NCBI GenBank assembly: GCA_030141605.1
Contig: JAQGDQ010000037.1
Coordinates: 620,001-684,000, forward strand
Reading direction: 5' to 3'
Length of the DNA: 64,000 nucleotides
Source of the DNA: Tubiluchus corallicola
Taxonomy: Eukaryota > Animalia > Priapulida
Each line of letters starts with the position of its first letter. Position 1 is the first letter of the stretch. The translations under genes were made by a program, and so were the position numbers. The notes under the pieces are model-generated. The model was not told the origin of the DNA. It ran no database searches and worked only from the letters and a program-made list of their open reading frames with translations. This document shows, piece after piece, positions 28,801-38,597 of the stretch.

Positions 28801-29682
28801 CGGTATCTTGGCCATTTCGTTCAATGTCTATATTACTATAGTGCCTCACTATTGTACATTTATGACTGGTGGGCTGATATTTCCTGTAACTTTTCATGGA
28901 TCTGCTCGCATAAATTATTCGTGATTATCCCATTTTTTACTACACTTGCTTTAAATAGTGCATGCTACCTACTACAATGGCAACAAGCATATAGTTTTTT
29001 CTTTAATCTAGTTTCCCGTATGTGCATTGTTACTGCCGGGCTGTCACTAATACTACTTTTTGTTTTGCATAATATACTCATTTATTTACTTTCACTCTTC
29101 CCAGTCTTATTTATTTTTTCGATTTGTTTCATTTCATTCCTTGCACTTATCATGATTAGATTCCATGTAGAGTATGTTCCAAGTCTGTAATTAATAATCG
29201 GCATATTCTGCAACTGTTGTGGTTATTAGAGTCACCTTAAGGGCACTAAGCTTACCATCACCGATTATAATTTGCTGCCATCTAGTAATGACACTTGGTA
29301 TTGTCAAACATGTCTCGTATTCAAATAATTTATGAATCAACTTTCTTATTTACATGTCTGTTTTATTTTAATTTTGTGATTTGCATATTTATGTAATATT
29401 TTGTAATAAATATTACATAAATTTTAGTCTAATTTAAACTATGTGATTTACATAGTTTAGTAAATGGAATAAACTAAATTCTAAACTAATAGTATTACTA
29501 GTAATAGTATTACTACTACTAGTACTAGTGTATTACTTAGTATTAGTACATTCATTAGAATGCATTACTCCATTAGACTAAATTATGTAAGGCTAACAAA
29601 AAAAATCAACTTAGATGCGCAATACTAACCCAAAATCACTAATTAATTGGCTGACATGATGGTGAAGTTTATAATCATCCAT
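431..29682 (-). CDS. TUBGCP2: Gamma-tubulin complex component 2 (GCP2), 3'-partial. Coding exons in transcription order: 29682-29630, 27337-27247, 26286-26195, 25989-25935, 24597-24510, 23685-23624, 23127-23043, 22834-22743, 22593-22519, 19219-19141, 18872-18795, 17764-17697, 17562-17518, 16368-16276, 14359-14298, 13533-13491, 12749-12678, 12055-11881, 11567-11417, 11139-11048, 10387-10300, 9020-8840, 2881-2811, 2610-2460, 1694-1551, 576-431. The final exon lies left of the window.
   Basis: All 26 exons join in phase (2432 nt, 810 codons + 2 nt) without stops. Peptides match GCP2 throughout: [153 protein letters not shown]. Confidence 0.96.
789..1416. mobile_element. Tc1/mariner-pogo (Tigger-like) MITE, family A copy 1
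   Basis: TIR CAGTAAACTACG / CGTAGTTTACTG with TA on both sides; internal homology to 9700-10260. Confidence 0.85.
1722..1789. repeat. (TA)n microsatellite
   Basis: Direct inspection; lies just upstream of a TUBGCP2 splice acceptor on the - strand. Confidence 0.95.
2020..2330 (+). mobile_element. Decayed RTE-like LINE ORF2 tail (boundaries approximate)
   Basis: GIK*PDRISNDDLY ... HIQVRRQYWIGQ resembles the RTE-clade W.D.ISN..L ... RR..W.GH motif. Confidence 0.55.
4814..4862. repeat. (TA)n microsatellite
   Basis: Direct inspection. Confidence 0.95.
5299..5885 (+). promoter_or_regulatory. Serpin TATA box, short first exon and 5'-UTR intron
   Basis: TATAAAAG at 5299-5306; donor CAT|GTAAGT at 5390; acceptor tgtttcag| at 5885. 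Confidence 0.6.
5934..7091 (+). CDS. Intracellular serpin (clade-B / leukocyte elastase inhibitor-like), about 385 aa, CDS uninterrupted, nested antisense in TUBGCP2 intron 2882-8839
   Basis: Serpin motifs NVIFSPLSI, LVLVNAVYFCGKW, IKLPRF, hinge EEGTVAAAATAV, ILFFGRF; no signal peptide. The ORF-track ATG at 5877 lies inside the splice acceptor (atgtttcag|), so ATG 5934 (caaacATGG) is the likelier start. Confidence 0.93.
   Translation: MASKEMASVAQSNGEFTFSLYKTMKDAKPGENVIFSPLSIQLALAMTYMGAKDNTASQLASALKFSDQPPEKIHQGFADLQSVAAQREAGCTFDMANRHFIQEGFKVLDAFQKDSLKYYEADAKLMDFAGNTEVARVEINKWVAKNTNDYITELLQKGAVDSLTRLVLVNAVYFCGKWKNQFDSNNTKLGHFQVSKTRKENVQMMMKEAKFPMLYTEQFFFVGLPYADPNLCMYIVVPHQVDGLDAIEKNLSSAKLLELEGQAREERIVIKLPRFRMWESSNLIQMLKMLGVEDLFDTKKCDLSGITGDRSLHVNAAVHEAYIRIDEEGTVAAAATAVGIALCSMPIQVVVDKPSLLYIRDKKSGAILFFGRFNKPMDHLAVCPC
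9700..10260. mobile_element. Tigger-like MITE, family A copy 2
   Basis: TIR CAGTAGACTACATATAACTC / GAGTTATATGTAGTTTACCA, TA flanks; shares the block TGCACCA..TTATGATTTT..TGCTAG.TTCAGCAAAAA with 789-1416. Confidence 0.8.
10388..11047 (-). other. U12-type (minor spliceosome) AT-AC intron in TUBGCP2
   Basis: 5' end ATATCCTTT; branch site TCCTTAAC at 10406-10399; terminal AC at 10389-10388. Splicing restores KNIY-D-VIPTRLESLL in frame. Confidence 0.95.
12056..12677 (-). other. GC-AG intron in TUBGCP2
   Basis: Donor GAG|GCAAGT, acceptor ttttaag|TTT; joins DPYLE|FAVHVHE, colinear with the GCP2 DPYSE-FMV motif. Confidence 0.85.
13636..13697. repeat. Compound (TG)n/(TGCG)n/(TATG)n microsatellite
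   Basis: Direct inspection. Confidence 0.9.
13716..14265. mobile_element. Degenerate mariner-like MITE
   Basis: Imperfect TIR TCTGGTGGTGCGGAAAAATGT / ACATTTTTACCACCACCTGG with TA flanks. Confidence 0.6.
14635..14911. mobile_element. MITE with about 40-bp TIRs
   Basis: TAACAATTATTACCCATTGTGGGTAATGAGTTGGAGAAAG vs CTTTCTCCAGTTCATTACCCGCAATGGGCAATAATTGTTA. Confidence 0.75.
15610..15925. repeat. Degenerate minisatellite, ~16-bp unit (consensus about AATTTTCCTAGTACCA)
   Basis: Recurrent ttcctagtacca / ttctctgtacta / ttcccggtacca units. Confidence 0.75.
16449..17184. mobile_element. Tigger-like MITE
   Basis: TIR CAGTAAGTCCTCACTTAA / TTAAGCAAGGACTTACTG, TA target duplication. Confidence 0.8.
18033..18756. 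mobile_element. piggyBac-like non-autonomous element
   Basis: TTAA on both sides (18029-18032, 18757-18760); TIR CCTTTTCACTACA / TGTAGTGAAAGGG. Confidence 0.8.
19690..19865 (-). mobile_element. Decayed L2/Crack-like LINE ORF2 C-terminal fragment
   Basis: LYATRTNEFIINSCRTDVVKHLIANTGPKL*N resembles the Y.TR....RT.......GPKLWN tail motif. Confidence 0.5.
29162..29328 (+). pseudogene. Fossil PHD finger, probably the 5' part of a CR1/L2-group LINE
   Basis: PCRVCSKSVINN(frameshift)IFCNCCGY*SHLKGTKLTITDYNLLPSSNDTWYCQTCL. Confidence 0.7.
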
Positions 29683-30142
29683 TTTCCTAAAAATCCATAA
29701 AAATTGCAAAAATTTACTACAAATACATTACCGCTACTATTTTAAGTATACAAGGGAAGTGCAATCAAAAAAACTTGATCGCACGTTCATTGATCGTTCG
29801 TGCACGATCCACGACTGATACAGCGCATTATTAAGACGGCAGAGAATTAATATTTTATTAATCATGAAAACGACAATGAAACAATAATAACTCTTAGACA
29901 GCTATATCGTTAATAGCAAGTGGTTCACTTTTTGAAATCCATTGTTTTTCACAAAGTAATTATTAGTATTACTATAGATTTAAACTTTCCAAAAGTTGGT
30001 GTAGCTATCACATTGGGAGGCAAGCTAATCCATTAATTTACTAGCTTCACAGAAAACGGATATTTATAAATACTAAGAGCAGGTCCTCTTTAAAAAAAAC
30101 CTTCAGTTCCATACTCCAAATTATATAAATTCGAGTCACGAC

Positions 30143-31297
30143 CAGTGGCAGCTCATAGCTAAAATAAGTGGGGTGCTGCTTCAGAAATTTTTTAGCTATT
30201 GTTCTAATAATGTGCTAAACAAGTGCTCTAAACAAGTAATTACTTCTTGAGTACCACACGGGTCATTTGCGGCTTGGCATCTTGTGTACATAATAATAAA
30301 TATGTTATTAAATACTTTTATGTACAATGCTGTAATGATCATTGTGGATATATTTAATAAATAAATAAATGTGTAAAACGTAACAAACATGCTGTAGTTA
30401 TAATTGAAGATCAGGTTTAGAACGTCCTCTTTTTTTAACTGCAACTTTCTCATGGAGAGGCAAATGTGAAAAATTATGTTGTAGATCACTTACAGTTAGA
30501 GAACTTACTTCTTGGCGATGCAAGACGTCCATTATTAAATAATTTATGTTTTAAGCACACATGCTAAGTTTACATTTTATCACATCCAACTGTTACTGTC
30601 ATAGACACGGTATTTTCATACCTAATTATTATTATGCTCTATTTTGCTGCCTTAATCTTTTGTTTTTTCTCCAGCATAATTAGGTAAGTTGTAGTTACTT
30701 TCTGCTTAAACACAGCAATTTACGCTTCTAATTTGCAAGTCATTGCTTTGTTTATGATTTTGTTTCCTTTTTGCTTTTGTTTTTACCAGTTATTATATCA
30801 CGCACAAACCAATTTGCTTTATTTGTTTACAGTACCATTTTATAGTGTTATTTTAGTTAGATTTTCTCATTGTATGCTCATTTCGTCGCTAGATATTCTT
30901 GTTAGAACTTTAACTAAAAGGATGGGTGACTTGCTAAACTCTAGGGTTTTTTCGCCACCCTTTCTCTAACACTAACAATTTATTTTGCTATGTAATTGTT
31001 TTCTGCGTGTATTACAAGAGATAAATAAAATTATTTATTTCTATAAAATCATCTATTACCTAGCAGCATACGATAGCGTACAGCGTTATCTCAGACATTT
31101 GCGCATGACCGCACAACAGCCAAACACCACGTTGCTTGGGCTATGAAGCAAATTGTACTTCCCTCACGTGCTCTGGTTCCGCACAAGCGTAAAAAAGAAC
31201 TAAAGAAAAGACTTATTATATTGAATATTATCGACAATAATCAGTGAAAACAGGGGGTGCTGCAGTACCACAGTACCTATACGACGAGGCGCCACTG
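30143..31297. mobile_element. hAT-like non-autonomous element between CCT5 and TUBGCP2
   Basis: Ends CAGTGGC...GCCACTG; perfect 8-bp TSD GTCACGAC. Confidence 0.88.
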
Positions 31298-32538
31298 GTC
31301 ACGACCAAGGACCGATTTCCAAAAGCCTTCTCTAATGAAAATCAGATCATTATTACAATCGCTAAACACAGTATTAACACAGCGACAGCTAAGGTAAACT
31401 GAGCCTAGAATGACATTTTCTTTCGTGCCAGTATCTTATATAAACTTCTCCACAATATCGCCTTAATTCAAAAGTTATTAAATCTTTCTATCATTCTTGC
31501 TGCACGTTATTGTACAGCAGTATTTTCTCCATTGGTATTTTCAACACGTTTTCGATAATGCTACCTGAACGGATATTCAAGATGCAGTTTAACCAATCCA
31601 AGACTATATTGTAACTTCAATATACTCAAGAAAATATTCAATGTGCCATTTAATCATATCAAAAATCTTATTTGTTTCTTAACAGATGCCAACACATTGC
31701 TGAGAAAACTTCAGGTTAGATGTTATTATGAACAAGATCATTTTTCCTATTAAATTTTGTTCTATGAAGAGTCGCTCCATAACATTTTTCAAATTACGGT
31801 TTGTTATTTAGTGCAAAATTTTGTAAACACATTTCAACTATGTAATTATTACTTAATACAATCATACACCCACATGTACATAGCATCTCCTCTGTGATCT
31901 ACAATGGCTATTGTATTCAAAACAATTGTAATCATCTAACATCATCATTGAATATGTGTTAAGTAAACCACATACAGTGAAATATATTTATAGGAGGCAA
32001 GATTAACCAGGAAGCACCAAGACTCATTCCCCAAATCTTGAAATTTTGGGGGCCATTTTTATCACTCAATATTTTGTTTGTATAACAAATTTTATGACTC
32101 TGCAAATTTAAATTATCAAAAAAAAATTTAAAACTTTTATGTTGAGAAAGCCATTTATTCAAATTCAGTTTAAATACAAGAATAATTGTGGACCGCTGAA
32201 AGCACAGTTACTCAGGATCATTACGCCAAATGCGCATTCACTAAAAATTACTGATGCTTAAAGTGTACTGCTGAAAGTTTACATACAGGGACACTAACGA
32301 ACCAAAAGCTGACATGCAGTAAATGCAGTACAACAAAGTTTATAATAGTAGCTGGTGACTTCAAGATTAATTTGGTATGTTTGAATTTTCTAAATGTAGC
32401 TAAACGGGTGACACAAATCGAGAACTCTGATTGCAATATATGTCATATACAACTTTGACAACACAAGTGAAAAATAAACAATGGAATAAATGTACAAAGT
32501 GCAATGTTGCTGTAAGTACTTCATTGATTTCACTAAAA

Positions 32539-35211
32539 TTAAAGACTTTCTCCTGGCACTCGGATATCGTCAATCTTCAGTATCATCTTCACAAGTTGAG
32601 TGGCCAAGCTTATCTGTTGCTTCTTACCTATTAAGGTTTCAATTACATGTTGATCTCTCATGTCTGGAAAATAAGAGCAAAATAATTCAATAAAAGACAT
32701 CAAGGATAAAAATCTCTTAGCCATTAACTTGTGATTGTTTACAAATAGCAACACCTCAACATTAACAAACAATAGAAAATAAATTAATCGGTGTAGTTCA
32801 TTTTATGTAATTATGTTAAACTTGGGTTGGTTTTTCAAGTTTCAATACATCCACTTGGCAGAAAACCACTTTCACCTTCATTCATGTACTGCAATACTAC
32901 AGTAACTTTTATAAAACTTGAAAAAATCTCACATGCTCCTGTGATCAAAAATGAAATGTTAAAAAACAAAAGCGTAGCAGACTTCACTTAATAAACCCAC
33001 CTGGTGCAAAGCTAAATGGATTTACTAAGTGGCTGGATTTATGAATGAAGACACCTGCTATTAAGTAGCATTTTCTGTGTTATTACAGTGAGTATTGTTT
33101 GTTTATGAAGCCAACACTCTTAATACTTAATAAATGGCTTGCGAAAAGTTTATAAGTGAAGTGTTTTGATTCATTAGTGTTTGTATGTTTAAAGTAAGTC
33201 ACACAAAGAATGTATTATTTATCTATGATGCCATTACCCTTTATATATATATGATAAACTACTTGCAAATTTAAAGAAAATACTATTTACATATAACTTT
33301 AACATCAGTGTGACATTTACATTATCAACAAAAATCAGTGTGTTAGTTTAACCTACAGTTTAAAGTAACTAGACCTCTCTTTGAAGGTAAGACTTAACCT
33401 TGTGCTTGGCTGATGCTTCTGTATTGTAATGTGTAAATTAGAATGCTAAAGGCAAATAATTAAGTGGGAAAAATGCAAGGATGTACTTAGAAAACGTAAA
33501 ACGTACTTAGAACAAAGACGGGTTTACATCAAAATCTGATACCAAGGTAGAAAGTACACAATTGCAATAGCAGATTCAGCTATGTAACAGGGAATCACAC
33601 AGGAAACAAAATCAGAATTTTGCTGATATAAAAAACAGCAGTAATCAGTAGATCTATGCCTAACCAATTGCCAGTTTAAATACAATAACTTAAATTTTCT
33701 ACTGTTTACTTACCATTTGTACCTTTATTGAGACAGTCAATTCCTAATCGTGGATTACTTTCTTTGATCTGTTTTGCCTTGACTTCTGTCATTGTCTTCA
33801 TTGAAGATAAACCGCTATTCTCTGCTAGAGCAAGTGGAATCTTCTCTAAAGCATTTGCAAATGAACGAACAGCATATTGCTCTAAAGTAGAGATGCTATC
33901 TGCAGCTTTGCTAACAGCCACAGAGCATGCTACTTCTGCTGCTCCTCCTCCATAGACGACACGATTGTCTTTCACAAGGTTTCGGATGACACACAAAGCA
34001 TCATGAATGCTTCTCTTTGCTTCTTCGACTATCATCTTATTACCACCTCTGATGAATATGGTTACTGCTCGAGAATTCTTACATTCTTCGATGACTAACA
34101 TTTTGTCCTTGGTTGTACCAAAACTTAACTCACGAACAATGCCGGCATGACCCAACTTTTCTGCCGTTAATTCACTAAACCGAGGAACGATTCTGCCACC
34201 AGTTGCAATTGCTATCAATTCAATCTCAGGTCCCCCAACCCAACGGACAGCTGGCAGTTCCTTGGCAAGAAGAAGGTGATTAGCCTCATCATCAAAACCC
34301 CACTGACAAATGGCGAGGTTTGCTCCTGTCTCTTTAACTTGAGTTACCATTTCCTCAAATTTTTCCTTCTCGTAATCCCTCAACTTCTTGTAGTCTTCGA
34401 CCGACGTCACATCTAACTTGTGCTTAGTTTTTGGTTTTGGAGGTTCAAACGGACAAGTCAAGATCGCAATTTTTGCATCTTTTATTGCTTTTGGCATTTG
34501 GGGGTGGCTGAAATCCTTATCAATGACAACTCCCTTTACCAGAACAGTGTCTTCAAGCTTTCCTCCTACTTTTCCTTCAACTTTGATCAGTTCAAAGTCT
34601 ACATCTTTTCTACTAAGATCAGCAACAGAAAGAACTGCATCAACAGCAATTTCAGCCAGCTGTGTTCCACATCGGTTTACTATTTTTGAACTAAGCGTAG
34701 TCAAAGCTGTTCTTAACAATGGCTGCAAATCATTTCGGTCAACGGGAAAGCTGTCAGAAATTTTATCCAATTCCTCTAACGCAATCATGGCTGCTAGCTC
34801 ATACCCATCAGCAATCCTAATAGGATGGATCCCTCTATCTAATAATATCTCAGCTTCTTCCAGTAGAGCTCCAGCTAGCACGACAACCCCAGTTGTGCCA
34901 TCTCCTATCTCATCATCTTGGGATTTTGACAACTGCACCATCAGCTTAGCAATTTCATGTTCTAGATCCATCATTTCCAATATGGTGGCGCCATCATTTG
35001 TCACTGTGATGTCACCATCGGGTGACACCATGATTTTGTCTAAACCCTTAGGTCCAAGTGATGTGCGCATAATCTCAGCAACAGCTTTTGCTGCCAAAAT
35101 ATGTGACTTAGAAGCTTCAATACCTGTCAGTCGCTTTCTCTGATCTTCATCTCTTAAAATGATGAACGGTCTCCCAAACTCATCAAAAGCTAAAGAACCT
35201 TTTGCTGTCAT
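32539..35211 (-). CDS. CCT5: T-complex protein 1 subunit epsilon (CCT5), 540 aa; exons 35211-33714 and 32663-32539
   Basis: [44 protein letters not shown] phase-1 GT-AG intron joins [39 protein letters not shown]. 5'-UTR acceptor at 35242. Confidence 0.97.
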
Positions 35212-35939
35212 ACTGCCTCACTGTTTTCTTCTTTGTAGGACCTAAAATAAAGAAAAACTTACGTCAACATGTGTGGCAATGACATGAATATGTCTTCTAA
35301 TCTCAGTTCGGTTACAAGGCTACCAAACATGATAATACTGAGTTTGGGGGGCTACTTCATCTGAAACTAATTAAGAGTTGTTCTCACAAACATGCTAATA
35401 CATGTATCATTACGTAAATAGGTTATACCACAAACTGAGAATGTCTCCAGTTTCAGGCCTTGGACATCTAATTTGCTTAGGGATGATGTTTGGAAAGGCG
35501 AAGATTGAGAAAAAACTAGTAGACCTTACGTGAAATGGCACTCCATAATATGTATGTGATGTTAAAAAACACCACATAATATAATTGTAGGACTGTTGCT
35601 AACCCAGTTACAGTTTAGTATAAGGAGAAACTTATAAATATTTCCAACAAAATGACAAATTTAAAAAGGCCATTCATAATTAAAGGAGAACTATACTCAA
35701 AATTGAGATTTTTCAAATACTACTACATTGAGCAGATTAAAAATGGCATGCCCAAGTGTCCAGACAATATTTATTGTTTTTTTTTATAACTTTAAGCAAT
35801 ACTTCTATTGAATATTATTTAAAAGAATAGCTGTGATTAAAATACAATGTATTGCTAAGGTATCATATAGCCAGTGAGTGTTACTTATAGTTATACACTA
35901 ACTGGTATGTTCTTTTTTAAGTAATCCAGTAGTTATTTG

Positions 35940-36710
35940 GGCGCTATTACACTTTCGCACCTCCTAGTTTTTTCTGGCCTATTGTTTGTTTTCACGCCTG
36001 CAGGCAGAAAGCAGACCAACAGGCGTAATATACACCATATTCCCATAATATTATTGGTTTTTAGGCCTTACAATTCCAGATTAAAGTCATACATTACTTA
36101 CCGAGCCCTAAACCTGTATTTTTAGTTTCTTTGCATAATTTATGATTGTTATGGTTGCAGCCACGGGAGTTTGTATCGTATTACAGTGTTCACTCGCTAC
36201 TTCAGAAATATTAATGTGAAATATTTATCGCGGTATCTTCGCTGTTTCGATGGCATCAGAATAGTGGTAGTGATGAGGATAACGATAAAAATAACACTGC
36301 AATAATGGTGGTGATAATGAGATATAATGAGTATATATCATTAATTTTATTTATTACTGTAGTATTATTAGATTATAAAAGTAAAGGTTTTTTCTTTATT
36401 TCGTAAATGCGGTTAAGATAAAAGTGTGGCACGTGCCTTTTAAGCTAGGCCCTGATAATGCATAAACTAGTATGAAATTCGTCACGTGACTACACACAAA
36501 TATGATGGCGATACGAACTGTATAGTGTACAACTGTGAATACAACGTAATTATTGGTAATTATACACTAAATATATGAGTAAATTACTACGAGATTAGCG
36601 GAAACATTCACTGATGACATGAAAATAATAAAATAATGACCTACGAGTACGAGCCTAGAAACGAGTAATAACCTAGAAAAAACTAGGAGGTGCGAAAGTG
36701 TAATAGCGCC
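35940..36710. mobile_element. Young non-autonomous DNA transposon (Merlin-like ends)
   Basis: Perfect 36-bp TIR GGCGCTATTACACTTTCGCACCTCCTAGTTTTTTCT; perfect 8-bp TSD GTTATTTG. Superfamily inferred only from the GG termini plus 8-bp TSD. Confidence 0.9.
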
Positions 36711-36903
36711 GTTATTTGTTTCATATGGCTTCCCTCAGATTTGGCCCTCTCTTATACAACCTTTTAAGATTTACTACCAGTGGGGAGTACTCAGAACCTT
36801 TAATTCTTACTAGATAGATGATGAACGTCTGCAAACTATGTTATGAACTTATTTCACAATATAGCGTAAAATATTTCAAAAATTGAGAAAACAATTACTT
36901 TAC

Positions 36904-37207
36904 TCGCCAGGATTACAGTTAGCTGTAACGCGAAAAATTACGCACCGTTCAGATGGAAACGGATTGATTAAAAAACCGTGGAGTAAAATTTTCCACTTTT
37001 GTTGCGGCGTGGTACAGTACACTCAATGCGCATTGCCAGGCTTATCAAACCGCACAAAATTTGTTGATTATTGATCGCCGATCCGTTAAATTTTCTTTAC
37101 TTCGGATGTCTAATAATTTCGACGTTTTTACGCTTAGTTTTAGTGTAGTTTTGCTCTGTTTAATAAATGTCTACACAGTATTTGTTTTCTTTGCCTTTTC
37201 ATTCTCA
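36904..37207. promoter_or_regulatory. Probable bidirectional promoter and non-coding first exons of CCT5 and CWC15
   Basis: Locally CpG-rich. + strand donor CA|GTAAGT at 37208 pairs with the acceptor at 39335, just before the CWC15 ATG. Weaker - strand donor GA|GTAAAG at 36903 pairs with the acceptor at 35242. Palindrome CAATGCGCATTG at 37024-37035. Confidence 0.55.
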
Positions 37208-37410
37208 GTAAGTATTGGAATTTTTATTGTTAGATAAAATCAGTTTCTTTCATTCGAATTAGCTTTTCAAGGGATAATTGGGAGAACTGACTGGTAGACG
37301 CAAGCTATTGCAATATTGATTTCCTAAAATTGCGTATGTTGGGAGCAGAGGAGGGCACTAGCCCAAGTAGGATTGGCGTACATGGGCTAGCTCAAGTAGG
37401 ACGCGTCGTA

Positions 37411-38597
37411 CCTTACCTTATCTTATGTTACCTTATGTTGCTTTGGCAAAGTTGTTCTTCTAAATCGTGCATACATATTCGTATCCGTATCCTCAAAGGA
37501 GGCCTTGTATTTGTAGACTATCTCCTTCTCAGCCCAGTGCTTTCCAACCTTTTCTTAAATACATCTGCACTTGGTGCACATACCATATTGTTGGGTAAAC
37601 TATTCCATGCATCTACAAGTCTGTGCAAAAAACGATTCAATCCTATACACTTTTTTGATCTGAACTTGTATAGCTTTACTGAATGGCCTCTGGTGATCGA
37701 TCTGGCCACATGCGATCTCAGTTTCAACTGTGGGCTGTAATCATATACATTCGTTAAGATCTTAAAGCCTCTATCGTATCACCTCTCAGTCCCCTGTAAG
37801 TTAGAGTTGGCAGTTTAAGGAACTTTAAATGGTCAGTATACGATAATTCTTTCAAGTTATTCAAGTTATTAAGCTTTCTTGTCGCATACTTTTGTACTTG
37901 TTCTAGCTGATCTATATATTTGACCATTGATGTGTGCCATACTGTGCTTGAAAACACCAACTGAAGCATAACGAGGACTTTGTACAGACAGATGAACATA
38001 CTGCGGGTCAAAGTACTAAAAGCTCTAGTTATTATCTCCACCATCTTCTTAGCTTTGCTTATCTTTTCCTGGATGTGATGTTCAGATGTGAGCAATCTCA
38101 ACTCAGGGTATCTGGTAACTAATTTCATCTCTAACCAGGGCGTAATCAGAAGTTGGATTATTTTCTTTCCTAGGTGTTATATTCATCGCCTTACATTTAC
38201 CAAGATGAAAAGCTAACAACCAATCTTTTCTCCATTTAGTCATACTATGAAGATCTTCTTGAATGTTTTCCCTATCCTGCTGTGATTCAATTATAATGAA
38301 CAGTTCTGTATCATCTGCAAACACAAAGATCTCAGACACTACTTCTGGAAGGTCATTGATGTAGATGAGAAATAATATTGGACCAAGGACGCTGCCCTGT
38401 GGAATTCCACTATCTGCATTTCGCCAGCTTGAGCTACATCCCTGTACGATGACTCCTATTGCTCAAAAATCTGCTATGCACGTAACTGCATCAATCGCAT
38501 ATGTTCTCAACTTACACAATAACCGTTTGTGGGGCACTTTTTTGAAATGATTTTTCAAAGTTCATATACGCGACATCCACATTTTCTCCACAATCCA
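37411..38597 (-). mobile_element. 5'-truncated, frameshifted CR1-like LINE (reverse transcriptase and ORF2 C-terminus)
   Basis: GIPQGSVLGPILFLIYINDLP...FADDT; LEQVQKYATR; TRGHSVKL; RLVDAWNSLP; short TAAGG/TAAGA-type 3' tail at about 37411-37436. Confidence 0.9.

Noticed and set aside
28852-29190. Hydrophobic 112-aa ORF suggesting a membrane protein (similar: 19432-19707, 30733-30969)
   Set aside because: By-product of T-rich intronic or repeat sequence; non-ATG start in two of the three cases; no family motif.
32664-33713. Intronic C/D-box snoRNA in CCT5 or the other host genes
   Set aside because: No suitably spaced RUGAUGA...CUGA pair found by eye on the sense strand; H/ACA RNAs cannot be excluded without a covariance search.
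34418-35143. 241-aa + strand ORF (and 33728-33955, 34420-34689)
   Set aside because: Shadow ORFs antisense to the CCT5 exon; Ser/Ile-rich with no recognisable motif.
35680-36803. Possible TTAA-flanked Kolobok-like element hosting the TIR element
   Set aside because: The ends match only at AGG and TACTC; too weak.
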